Position numbers and translations under genes: made by a program. A stretch of DNA of 64,000 nt from Octopus sinensis. Lineage: Eukaryota. Positions 28,943 to 41,043 of this stretch are shown in pieces. Location: positions 107,942,001-108,006,000 of the forward strand of contig NC_043000.1 of the NCBI RefSeq assembly GCF_006345805.1, written 5' to 3'. The notes beneath the pieces were generated by a model. It was not told the origin of the DNA and searched no databases. It saw only the letters and a list, made by a program, of their open reading frames with translations. Position 1 is the first letter of the stretch. Each line of letters opens with the position of its first letter.

Positions 28943-29665
28943 ATATAATGTAATATTTTGAATTCGCCTATAATGGTCCCTTTACATACTGAATACTTGG
29001 TGAAATTGATTAATAATTAATTAATTTTACCCTCAATTGTTGAAATTATAATTCATCTCTATCTGCTAAATGCTGCGGTTTTCACCGTTAATACATGGTG
29101 TTTGTCAATTTTAACCCACGCTGGTGGAAAGGGGAGAGCAGAAATTCTTCGCTTGCATATTCGAATTTGATAGCACTTTTAGTTCGAGCAGAATTCTAGA
29201 GGTGATTAGAAGCCGAAAGGGTATGCTCCCGACTTTCAGTGTTCCCAAATCCGATTCAAGGAATTCTGAGCTGAAGAAAGAAATGTCGAATTGACTAATC
29301 TAGAAACGTACGTTCTCAAAATAACCTTTGCACTTGATTTTTTAATGTTTTTTCCCCCATACTTTTGTGAGTTGGTTTAGGCAAACACTATCTGAGAGAG
29401 ATCTTCTTTAAGTATTAGAAATAGCTGAAGAAATTTCTTTAGCTGCTATTTCTAATGAGTTCAGTTTGTGGCAAAGTAATTTATTTTACTAAGCCCTTAT
29501 ATATAATGTAATATTTTGAATTCGCCTATAATGGTCCCTTTACATACTGAATACTTGGTGAAATTGATTAATAATTAATTAATTTTACCCTCAATTGTTG
29601 AAATATATATATATATATATAATATATATATATATATATAATTTTACCCTCAATTGTTGAATATA
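28943..29665 (+). mobile_element. Retrozyme-like element, family D: 558-bp monomer bounded by 104-bp direct repeats (28943-29046 / 29501-29604)
   Basis: Repeats appear identical by eye; a third partial copy (TTTTACCCTCAATTGTTGAA) at ~29642 sits inside (TA)n; hammerhead motif inside. Confidence 0.7.
29267..29318 (+). ncRNA. Type I hammerhead ribozyme motif
   Basis: TGAG-CTGAAGA-a AGA aat GTC gaatt GAC taa TCT a-GAAA-C gtac G-TT-CTCA: 4-bp stem I, canonical core, palindromic stem III; A.A mismatch at base of stem II. Confidence 0.65.
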
Positions 29666-29668
29666 TAT

Positions 29669-29720
<52 letters not shown>

Positions 29721-29725
29721 ATGCG

Positions 29726-29768
<43 letters not shown>

Positions 29769-30483
29769 AAGAGAGAGAGAGAGAGAGAGGGGGAGAGAGA
29801 CTGTGTGTGGGAGAGAGAGGAATAGAAAAGAGATGAGTTAGCAGTAGAGATAGAGAAGTATGAATGTGATATGCGACGGACTCGGAGATAAAGAACAAGA
29901 TAGAATTTTTTTCTGTATTAGCAGAATCAACAAAATATATCGACCAACACTTAAGACATTTGTATTCAAACTCTCGTTGCTTTAGTTGGTTTGTCCTGTC
30001 TAGACACAAATATTTCCTCACCACTTAGGATGATACCATTGGCTTATAACAATAACAACTTTCACAGCATAGCGATAAATATACTTTTAAAGACACATGT
30101 ATACTATTCAACACGCAGAGACCTAGACCAACATCCACACAGAGACGTATGTATGCATGTATGTATGTATGGATCTTTGTATGTATATTCGATTTTTCCT
30201 GTTAATTTAGAATGAATTTTCATGGGCACCTGGTTTTAGTCATCATTTTTTAAATCTTAAGAAGGTCTTGCAGATTTTTATCGTTATCCTTAATATTTGT
30301 AGCGTACGGATTAAGGATTTGCCTTCTGTCTAAGATATCTTAAGTTCAGCCATACTTTGTTTTAGACATGCTAGGGTGTATCCTGTTGCTCCAATAATAA
30401 TATGTATGAAGCTGAAACCGTGTCATAGGTGGTGGATATAAGAAAAGCATAAATATGTGTGTGTGTATGAGTAAATACACACA

Positions 30484-30566
<83 letters not shown>

Positions 30567-30567
30567 G

Positions 30568-30606
<39 letters not shown>

Positions 30607-30909
30607 ATATACAATATATATGATCCCAATTGGCTTCATGCGATTCTTGGAAGTGTAGTTTATTCTTAGCGACAATATGAATTTCTTCCATCTTCTAGGT
30701 CTGTTAAAATATTTGAGAAAAGTTCTATTAATGTGTCGGTCAAAATTCCATTTATTTATTTGTGGAGCTGAAGATGGCATGATATTTAAATTGATGTATT
30801 GATTGCATTGTTCAATTAAATGCATTGTAAATTAAAAGGAGCCGCTTGAAACGGTTTTACTGCATCACTTCATGATACCCTAATGCTTTATATATATTAT
30901 ATATTATAT

Positions 30910-31001
<92 letters not shown>

Positions 31002-31138
31002 ATGTATGTATACATACATACATATATACAAATAAGTTAAATAATATGAAACAACAAAGCCAAGCTTTACTTGTCTTTTGGATCCTTTGGATACCAAAAC
31101 CTCATATATATATATTCACATACACCTTACACACAAAC

Positions 31139-31236
<98 letters not shown>

Positions 31237-31588
31237 TTGTCTGTCTGTCTGTCTGTTTGTCTATCTATCTATATATGACTTATTTGTTGAACTCTGTTAT
31301 TATAAGAGAATCGTGATGACTGTCGATCGTGTAATAAGTGGTAGCGTGGGAATCGTAAGAGTATTGGATATCAGCTCCGAATGGATATGAAGTATGAACA
31401 AAATTGGATTCTTTGAGCGGATGAAGCAGAATTAAGGATAAATGGGAAAGAGACGGAGAGAAAAGGGGAGAGATAGACAAGGTAGAAGACAGAGGTAGTG
31501 TGAGATGATGATGCAGAGAAAAAATGTTTTTCCTAGTCTGGACCAGTACTTTGATTCGACCCTGATAAAAAGACATGTCAAGTCTACC

Positions 31589-32101
31589 CTGGCTATCCTT
31601 GAAATCACAGCGCAGATAACCGTTGTCTAGAGTTTACGACATTGCAATTTGATCTCGGAAACATAGATAATTGTATACGTATGAAATATGCAAAGTAGCT
31701 AGTTAGAAAATATCTATAAGAGATAAAAGTAGTAACAATACAGAGAATGAATGTTTATCGTCACTTCAACATGGATGTTGGTTATAGGTACAATCTGCAC
31801 TCGATGTACATTGCAAGCAGAGGAGCGAGCCCCCAGCATCTTCTGGCGATTTAACAAGACCAGCAGAACGGACACTGTAGGGCTATTTTTGCACATCGTC
31901 AGTGGTGGGTACCTGTGCACTAGAGATCTCTTTTGGGGTTAGAAGATGGTAATAACGTCGGTTCGTAGTGAACATCCGTCTTGAAGTGGCGACAAACATA
32001 ATGTCTATATATGTATGATAACACATAAACACACACACATATAATACACATACTGGCTATCTTTGAAATCACAGCGCGGAGAACCGTTGTCTAGAGTTTA
32101 C
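31589..32101. repeat. 49-bp direct repeat pair (31589-31637 / 32053-32101), 464-bp period
   Basis: CTGGCTATCYTTGAAATCACAGCGCRGAKAACCGTTGTCTAGAGTTTAC, 3 mismatches. Confidence 0.8.
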
Positions 32102-32108
32102 TACAATA

Positions 32109-32272
32109 GGCGCAGGAGTGGCTGTGTGGTAAGTAGCTTGTCTACCAACCACATGGTTCCAGATTCAGTCCCACTGCGTGGCACCTTTACCAAGTGTTTC
32201 TACTATAGCTTCGGGCCGACCAAAGCCTTGTGAGTGGATTTGGTAGACGGAAACTAAAAGAAGCCCGTCGTA

Positions 32273-32324
<52 letters not shown>

Positions 32325-32550
32325 TGTGTGTGTTTGTGTGTCTTTGTTTGTCCCCTACCATTGCTTGATAACCGATGCTGGTCTGTTTATGTCCCCGTTA
32401 CTTAGCGGTTCGGCAAAAGAGACCGATAGAATAAGTACTGGGTTTACAAAAGAATAAGTCCCGGGGTTGAGTTGCTCGATTAAAGGCGGTGCTCCAGCAT
32501 GGCCGCAGTCAAATGACTGAAACAAGTAAAAGAGTAAAAGAGTAAAAGAG
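32109..32550 (+). mobile_element. SINE family 1, full length
   Basis: A/B boxes, CORE-like ACCTT..CAAGTGT, internal (TA)n, tail GGCGGTGCTCCAGCATGGCCGCAGTCAAATGACTGAAACA(AGTAAAAG)3. Confidence 0.9.
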
Positions 32551-32979
32551 GATACACACACACACAACCATGTGTTTCTATGTGGGCGCCTGCATGTGCA
32601 CCTGTGTGCTCAGTCTGTGTAAATCTATTTATATCTGTATATACATATGGTTTGTATCAATATTTAAAAAACAGATATTTAATTATATATGAATATACAT
32701 GCATTCATGCGTACATACATTGACGTACTGGTGTGTGTGTGTGTGTGTGTTTGTTTGTTTATATATATACATGTGTGTGTGATTGAGTGTGAGTGTAGTG
32801 TGTCCATGTGTATGTGTGTGTGTGTGTATACAGAGAGAGTGAGAGTTGTGAGAGAATGTCACAAGCAGGAAACGTGATTGTGCTCGATCAATTGATACAC
32901 TATACTGAGACGGATATAGATCCATTAATATATATTGAGATATATATGTATGTATATACATTGATATACATATATACAT

Positions 32980-33011
<32 letters not shown>

Positions 33012-33075
33012 CTGTGTGTGTATGTGTGTGTGTCTGTGTCTCTGTATGTATGCAAACATACACACACATATATGC

Positions 33076-33141
<66 letters not shown>

Positions 33142-33609
33142 TATATATATATATATATATATAAATGAATGTATAAAGAAAGAGAGCGAGAGCAAGAGAG
33201 ATGAGGAAAGAGAGAGAGGGAAGAGAGAAAGAGAAAGCGAGAGTGAGAGAGAGGGAGAGAATGACAAAGAAAAGATCAATAAATATAAGCAGTACGGGCC
33301 ACTCCTCTGTGTTTATTTTGAATCTCTGCTACTTTAATTGGTTGTGCAAATAATTGTTGCTGTCTTGGATATTAATGATGATAAGTGCCATCTTCAAGTT
33401 AGAGCAGTCGCAGGTAACCGTACATTGGTAATTGTTATATTGTTACATTATGTGTGCATTTTCTCAAGAGAGTTGCCTGGATTCCAGAAATTTTTCTACG
33501 TCTATTTGATTGCACCCCAACTTTATGAAATAATTTTGATGTTGGATGTAATTTTAGAGCATTCAAAAGACTATATGTTAATGCTTAATATTTCTTGTCA
33601 ATCATTAAG

Positions 33610-33822
33610 ATTGTGAGATGGCAGAATCGTTAATCACGCCGGGAAAAAAATACTTAGCGGCATTTCCTCTGTCTTTACGTTCTGAGTTCAACTTCCACCG
33701 AGGTCGGCTTTGTCTATCTTTCGGGGTCAAGAAAATAAGCGCCTGTTGAGGATTGGGGCCAAATGTAATCGACTTATGCTCCTTTCCCCAAATTACTGGC
33801 CTTATGCCAAAACCTGAAACCG
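33610..33822 (+). mobile_element. SINE family 2, diverged
   Basis: GATGGCAGAATCGTTAATCACGCCGGG...GAGTTCAACTTCCACCGAGGTCGGCTTTG. Confidence 0.75.
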
Positions 33823-34287
33823 ATATTCCTCGTCATTCAAACTTGGGGAAGTTCTAAGTTTAAAATACATCAACTATGACTGGGATATATAAGGGTATGA
33901 TGTATTAAGGTATAAATGAAATCGTACATTATATATATATGCGCACTCTCTCTTTCACACACACGCGCATGCATGTTATATGCACACACACACAAACATA
34001 TGCAGTGTGTTTGGCATTGCTGTGTGCCTGTCTCTGTTGTCAGCTGGTAGGAGTAAATGAAGCTGCTGGATACAGTGTGTGCATTGAGTTGATATGTGTG
34101 TGTGTGTGTGTTTATATACATGCAGACACACACTTACATATATACATACATACTGCGTATATATCAATATGTCCAAAGAAAATGATATCTTTATTTTAGA
34201 TGACACCTTAAAAATCCAACAATTGTTTCAGTTGCGTTAACATACACATACACACTCACACACACATATATATTCATATATTGTAGA

Positions 34288-34617
34288 GACCCAAATACTT
34301 GTGAAGTAGAACGAAATTGCAAAATGAAAGAAGTAGTATACCAAGCAACCATTATTACCCATAATTCTTTTAAATATACATATATTGGTTGTACGAAGAA
34401 TTTTATAAAATTAAAAATAAATAATCATAAATCTTCCATTAATGACCCTGGAAAAGCGAATACCACAGCTCTATGGAAATACAATTGGCGACTCAAAAGA
34501 AGCAGTATAGATTACTCATTATCTTGGGAAATCCTGTCTTTTAGCCCCATCTTATAGATGTAATAACATTTGCAGATTATGCCACGAAGAAAGTTATAAA
34601 ATAATGGGAATCAATTA
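34288..34617 (+). pseudogene. Penelope-like element GIY-YIG endonuclease fragment (Naiad-like layout), frameshifted
   Basis: PNTCEVERNCKMKEVVYQATII...YTYIGCT..FIKLKINNHKSS.....TTALWKYNWRLK....YSLSWEIL, then after a frameshift PSYRCNNICRLCHEE; the VVY/YIG/NHxxS/TxLxxY.W.LK/W.IL/CxLCxxE pattern of PLE endonucleases. Confidence 0.8.
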
Positions 34618-34721
34618 ATAATAATAATAATAATAATAATAAAATAATAATAATAATAATGATGATGATGATGATGATGATGATGATTATTATTATTATT
34701 ATTATTATCATCATCCTCACC

Positions 34722-34755
<34 letters not shown>

Positions 34756-34785
34756 TCATTATCATCATCATCATCATTATTATTA

Positions 34786-35390
34786 TTATTCAATAGTTTT
34801 ATTTTTATAGCGTGCTTTCACTTCACTACTCTGTGTGCCTTGGGTACGTGCTGTGATTTTGTTGTGATGCTCTGATGGTTACTGTATTGAAAGTGTTCTG
34901 TGTAGGATGTGTGCAGTGCCCGGTAGTGCAATTTTCTGTATGTTATATATGTCTGTAAGTCCTGGGGGTTTTGTCATGTATTTGTCTGAATATTTTTTAT
35001 CATGCCTAATGCACCTATTATGATAGGAATTGTTTCTGTTTTTAGATTCCACATTCTAATTACCTCTATTTCCAGGTCTTTGTATTTTGAAAACTTCTCC
35101 ATTTCTTTTAGAGACACGTTGTCATCTGCTGGTATTGATACATCAATTAGAAAGCATTTTTTTTCTTCATGATCTCTGACAACTATATCTGGTCTGTTGG
35201 CCTTAATTTCTGTATCTGTGTGTATTGGCATATCCCAGAGTATGGTTGCTTTCTCGTTTTCTGTGACCTTTTCTGGTGTGTGCCTATACCATCTTTTTTC
35301 TGTTGTTATTCCATAATGTTGACATAGCTTCAAGTGTATGTAGGTCCCAACTCTGTCGTGTCTGTGAATATATTCCTTGTTAGCCAGGAG
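34786..35390 (-). mobile_element. R4/Dong-like non-LTR retrotransposon, 5'-truncated (restriction-like endonuclease domain + 3'UTR + (AAT)n tail)
   Basis: EYIHRHDRVGTYIH.KLCQHYGI...ILWDMPIHTD..IKANRPDIVV.D...CFLIDVSIP.D...KEMEK.SKYKDL..E..RMW...IPIIIGALG; frameshifted end IQKIAL.GTAHIL..LSIQ*. RHD and PD..D..K motifs of the RLE domain. Confidence 0.9.
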
Positions 35391-35499
35391 TTAATATGAT
35401 TTATTGTTTCTTATCCATCTCCATATATTTTGCGGTTACTTGTTATATTTCTTTTCATTATATGTTTTTGGTAATTTCTGGTACCAGATAATAATAATG

Positions 35500-35554
<55 letters not shown>

Positions 35555-35611
35555 TAATAATAATAATAATAATAATAATAATATAATAATAATAATAATA
35601 ATAATATAATA

Positions 35612-35644
<33 letters not shown>

Positions 35645-35950
35645 ATTATTATTACTATTACAACTACTGTGTGCTTAGTAACTGTTTGTTATCACGAATA
35701 TATATTGTATTTTAAAAACGGGTTCACATATACCTATGTCCCAGACTCACTAACACACATATGCATATATATGTATATATACACACCATTATATAGACAT
35801 ATATAATATATATATATATATGTTTATCTCCCATACATTGTTAATTTTCAGTATTACAATAAATTATATCTATGAACTTTTTTTATATCTTTAGCCACCT
35901 GTCTTCATCTACTTTTCTATAAATTTCAACTATATATATATATATATATA

Positions 35951-36324
35951 TATGAATAAAAAATGGAGTTAACGCAGGTGTAAACAAATATTTTTAATTT
36001 CGACACATGTTTCGAAAATTCCACTGATACTATTCAAAAGAATAAATGGTATAAACAATGCAATCTTCTCTTCGGGAAAGTGAAAAAAACGAAACTCGTC
36101 AATAAGACATTTTAGCAAAAAATGATGGATTTGTATAGCGATAGACAGAACGCTATTAATATTGTTTAAAAAAACGTTATATGATATAACGTCATAAGTA
36201 GCCAAGAGAAGATTGCATTGTTTATACCATTTATTCTTTTGAATAGTATCAGTGGAATTTTCGAAACATGTGTCGAAAGTAAAAATATTTGTTTACACCT
36301 GCGTTAACTCCATTTTTATTCATA
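35951..36324. repeat. Long inverted repeat: ~122-bp arms (35951-36072 / 36204-36324), 131-bp spacer
   Basis: Arms nearly identical reverse complements; abuts (TA)n. Confidence 0.85.
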
Positions 36325-36470
36325 TTATTCAAATATTCAACGTAAATACGAAGTTTCTACCTTTATAAAAAAGGAGTTACAACAACTTTACTTGTGAGAT
36401 TTTTGCTGCCCTGGTAACTATTTATTTATTTTTCCGTGTTAATTGTTAACAAGGTAAAAATACACTCATC

Positions 36471-36502
<32 letters not shown>

Positions 36503-37005
36503 ATATACATATATAATATCTAGAGTTAAGGTCCAAGGATCAAGTTGTAGGAAGCTAGTAAACTTCGAGCAGGCCTTAGTAGATAAAAAATACAACTTTG
36601 AGGAACAATGATAGGCTTTGGATGAAGAAGGTTGTAGATTTTCCCATATTGAAGTTCAATAAGCTGAAAAAAGTTATTCTATTGCGCACGGTTAGCTTCT
36701 AGGGTTGCTATGAATGTAAATAAAAACTCAAATTGAGAGAATGGAATAGGTAAAATCCAGGCTACATATATTTCCTAGTTACCAGAACCTTGGAAGTAAT
36801 TATTTCTAAACGAGGGGTACTCCACTAGCTACTTATCAGGCCGAAGATACTTTAGTGAAATGAAGATTACATTGCCATCAAGGGATCCCGAGTAATATAT
36901 ATATATATATAAATCGTGGGCTCTTTGGATGTGTCTACCTGATCAGGTTGCAAAGACGAGCGAGAAATTATATATCTATCTATCAATCTAGATATAATCT
37001 TTTCT

Positions 37006-37939
37006 ACTCTAGGCACAAGTCCCGGAAGTGTTCGGGAGGGGGCCAGTCAATTAGATCGACCCTAGTACAGAACTAATACTTAATTTATCGACCTCGACGG
37101 AATTCGAACTTAGAACGTAAAGACAGGCGAAATACCTATTTCTTTACTGCCCACAAGGGGCTACACACAGAGGGGACAAACCAGCACAGACAAACGTATT
37201 AAGTCGATTATATCGACCCCAGTGCGTAACTGGTACTTATTTAATCGACTCCGAAAGGATGAAAGGCAAAGTTGACCTCGGCAGAATTTGAATTCAAAAC
37301 GTAGCGGAAGACAATTTACCGTTAAGCATTTCGCCCTACGTGCTAACCTTTCTTATTTCTTTAATCTCCACAAGGGACTAAACATAGAGGGGACAAACAA
37401 GGACAGACAAACGGATCAAGTCGATTACATCGGCCCCAGTGCGTAATTGGTACTAATTTATCGACCCCGAAAGAATGAAAGGCAAAGTCGACCTCGACGA
37501 GCGTAAAAACAGACGAAATACATATTTCTTTACTACCCGCAAGGGGCTAAACACTGACGAGACAAACAAGGACAGACAAACAGATTAAGTCGATTATATC
37601 GACCCCAGTGCGTAACTGGTACTTATTTAATCGACCCCGAAAAGATGAAAGGCAAAGTCGACCTCGGCGGAATATAAACTCAGAACGTAGCGGCAGATAA
37701 AATACCTATTTCTTTACTACCCACAATGGGCTAATCACAGAGGGGACAAACAAGGACAGACAAACGGATTAAGTCGATTATATCGACCCCAGTGCATAAC
37801 TGGTACTTAATTTATCGACCTCGAATGTATGAAACGCAAAGTAGACCTCGGCAGAATTTGAACTCGGAACGTAACGGCAGACGGAATACGGCTACGCATT
37901 TCGCCCGGCGTGCTAACATTTCTGCCAGCTCGTCGCCTT
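37006..37939 (-). mobile_element. SINE family 2 tandem array (~5 head-to-tail units of ~170-215 bp)
   Basis: Repeated AAGTCGATTAYATCGACCCCAGTGCGTAACTGGTAC...GTCGACCTCGG units near 37050, 37200, 37416, 37586, 37770; single A-box head at 37900-37939. Confidence 0.9.
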
Positions 37940-38289
37940 TAACCAAGATGTAATATAGACATGCATATGTAATCGCTTAATCTGTCCCTGGAACCTGATG
38001 AGATGGACTCGTCCTACGCGCCCGCGAGTTAATGTCATTTGGAGCTTAAGTCAAAATATTAAAATTATACATACATAGGTTCGCACACACACACAGACAC
38101 ACATAGAGAGGGAGAGAGGGAGAGAGAGCGAAAGAGAGTGAGAGACATACACACACAAACACACATACACAGCTCCCCCGTGTATAAAATTACATGTTCA
38201 GTTATGAATTATATATTAATTTTAATAATCACAGCTGTTAAATAGATGCAAATTTAAGAGGACAACGATTGGTCACCAAATTGGATTTT

Positions 38290-38445
38290 GTCAGTCTCCA
38301 ATGGTTCGAAAGATTCAGCTGGAAATAGAAAGTCGTCGAAGAGATAGAAGAGGAGGAGTACTGTTGCAATGTTATCAATAAATGACAATCTTCAGGGAAA
38401 TCAATAGAAAGATATTGCAGAGGTTATTAAGGTTAATTGAAAACA
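38290..38445 (+). pseudogene. Possible mariner transposase HTH remnant
   Basis: Across frameshifts and stops: QWFERF..GN...R......L..ND.L.....KDIAEVIKVN, loosely like mariner QRWFxRFxxGxxSLEDE..RELAEELxV. Confidence 0.3.
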
Positions 38446-39359
38446 GAAAATTAAATTTTTTTTAACATCAGTCCGATGACTCGCCACAATACTTGAAATT
38501 AATAAAATAGAAAAATAGAATGAAAATAAAATAATTGTAGTAACTCCATGGATATTTCATTGCAAAAATAGAAAAAGAAGAAAAGCATTCATTTAGTTAT
38601 GTGTTTTTGTGTATTTTTTTTTGTTATTCAGACGGGTTAATTAGAACGACTTCACCCAATGTGTTCTATATTTCGAAACAATAGGCGTACTTGCTTACTA
38701 TTTCTAACAAAGCTGTCTGAGGTGATTTTTGTTATTACTGCTTTTGTTTTTAATGCTGTTGTTTAACCCAATGTCAGCTGTTATTGAGTAGATCTATAAT
38801 CAAAAACGTTCAATCTTCGGCCATCCTATCTTTTGTTTTCACCTGATACTTTAACTTGGACCAAATTATCCTTTATCCATTTTGTCTGTGAGTTTTTCTA
38901 GTCGCATAAGAGTGACTTCCTTGAGAGAGAGGGAGAGTTGCCTCCAAAGTCAGACGCTTGTTATGAAAGCGATAATTGCAATGGCGATAATGATCACAAC
39001 TCATCGAAACGAGGTCCAATAGCAAAAATTGAAAAAGTCATGAAAATTAAAGCAAGAAGTATTCCAATAAGAAATCTGATATAATATGTCAAAGTTCCTG
39101 ACCAATGACAATTCAATTCCCGAGCGCAATGTTATTTAATTGGAAATAGGAATACTTTTATTAATTCTGGGAATAAAATGTAGAGCACAACATCCATGCA
39201 ATTTTACATTCTTTTTCAATATATTTTTATATTTGGGGCGTTTATAGAAGCCTGCAGTCATAGACACAAAACATAGCCAAGAGCATTTAACAGAGAGACA
39301 AACGGGAAAACAGAAAGTTGCTCAAAGATATAATACGCTGTAAGAAAATGTGTATGCAT

Positions 39360-39633
39360 ACATACTTTGGGGTTAGGGTATTACACCCACGACTGCGAGG
39401 TTGTGGATTCGATTCCCAGACCGGGTGTTGCGTTGCGTTCTTGAGTATAGCGCTTCATTTCACTTTGCGCTACGATCATTTCGTCATCTGACATGTGGCA
39501 CATGGTGCATCTGCACAGATAATGTCGATTTGATGGAGGGAGTAAGCTTATATATACACAAACATGTGATCACTATAAACAAATAATCTGTGTGCTTGTT
39601 CGGCAAAAAATTGCCGAACCCTAAAACGTTGCC
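39360..39633 (+). mobile_element. tRNA-headed CORE-type SINE, diverged
   Basis: GGTTAGGGTATT...GGATTCGATTCCC...GTTCTTGAG...CATTTCACTTTGC; ends TTCGGCAAAAAATTGCCGAACCCT. Confidence 0.55.
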
Positions 39634-39655
39634 TGCTGACAGGAAGTACGTACGT

Positions 39656-39709
<54 letters not shown>

Positions 39710-39797
39710 CTGATGCAATACTTACAGTGTTTAATAAAATAAAGTAGCACGAAACAATTGTACTACACTACCTTGTATATCCGTGTTGCTTATTTTG

Positions 39798-39859
<62 letters not shown>

Positions 39860-40309
39860 ATATATAGATATATATATATATAAATTAGAAAAAAACCCAC
39901 TTTTTATCAATTCAATAATGAAAAATAAATCATACTATTTAGAAAAAAATACATCTTAATCATCATTATTGCTGTCGTCATCATTTTTTAGCGTTCACTT
40001 TTCCATGGTTGCAGAAATTACTGAGTCAGATTTACTACAGCTGGATGTCCTTGCTGCCAACCTTCCATATGAAATATTTTCCCTTGGCCCAATATATTTT
40101 TTCATGAAAGACGAGAGACAAATGACCCTTTGTTCTGAAACCCAAAGGTGTCCTCTCCATTTACCGGAAATGATTTTTCTACCATCTTATCTTTCTTGAG
40201 GGTTATGAACCTACATTTTTACACCTTAAACTGAGTCCATACAATCAGCTCCTTAAGCTTTCTCCAACCTCCTTCAGGAAGAGCAGGTTGAAGGAGGTTG
40301 GATAAAAAA

Positions 40310-40937
40310 GCGGAGGAATTTTCTTTCTTGCTGCTCCTGGTGGCACAGGTAAAACATTTGTAATAATATTTTTTCTCTCCAAGGTAAGGCAACAAAAAAT
40401 ATTTGCAGTTAGTATAGCATTGCCTGGCTGTGCTGCCACCATTCTTCCGGGAGAACGAACCATGAATTAATGAATAACATCCCAACAGTCAGTAAGGAGT
40501 ACAAAGTAGTTGATTCAGTCCTCGATAAAAATCAAGCTGTCCATTACCGAATAGAGTTCCTTAATTATCTTGAGCCACCTGGAACATAAACGTTTTCTGA
40601 AGGTAGGAGTCCTAATAATGCCTCTAAGAAATTTAGATCCCCCTAAAGTATGTAATGGGACAAGGTTGATTGTGATAGAAGATACTATCATCCCTGGATG
40701 TTCCTCTGGGGAAGAGGTTTTCATTCCCAAAATTCCAATCAAACAACAGACATGCCATTCGGGTTCAAACGAATCCAATTCTCAGTGCGACTTTGCTCCT
40801 CAAGGTCAGACTTTGAAATCTATTAGTTTGCTTTTCTCATGGTCAACTTGATGCTGGTTGCTCCCGGACTGGTACTTTCCAAGACTTATTTGTCTGTGCT
40901 CCAAACCAGAAAACAAAGAACGTTGTTTACCTAGAAC
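40310..40937 (+). pseudogene. Helitron RepHel PIF1-family helicase fragments, internally deleted and frameshifted
   Basis: FFLAAPGGTGKTF (motif I)...GCAATILPGERT; YRIEFLNYLEPPG; LKVGV.IM.LRNLDPPKVCNGTRL; MPFGFKRIQF.VRL; QGQTLK; FSHGQL...CSR; TKNVVY.E. Confidence 0.9.
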
Positions 40938-40999
40938 ATATGTGGTAGAGTCTCCTTTCATAAAAGTGGTAAATTTTGTATTTCCGTTTATTACTATTA

Positions 41000-41043
<44 letters not shown>

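Noticed and set aside
29110-29170. GRAEILRLH motif reminiscent of GST/AAA proteins
   Set aside because: Nine residues inside a non-coding repeat element, flanked by stops.
38902-39084. 60-codon open frame after a possible acceptor (SHKSDFLEREGELPPKSDACYESD…)
   Set aside because: Frames of this length are expected by chance in 64 kb; no recognisable domain.
39710-39765. CTGATGC…GAAACAATTGTA hammerhead-like remnant next to (TA)n
   Set aside because: A9 is mutated and stems I/II do not close properly; at most a decayed copy.
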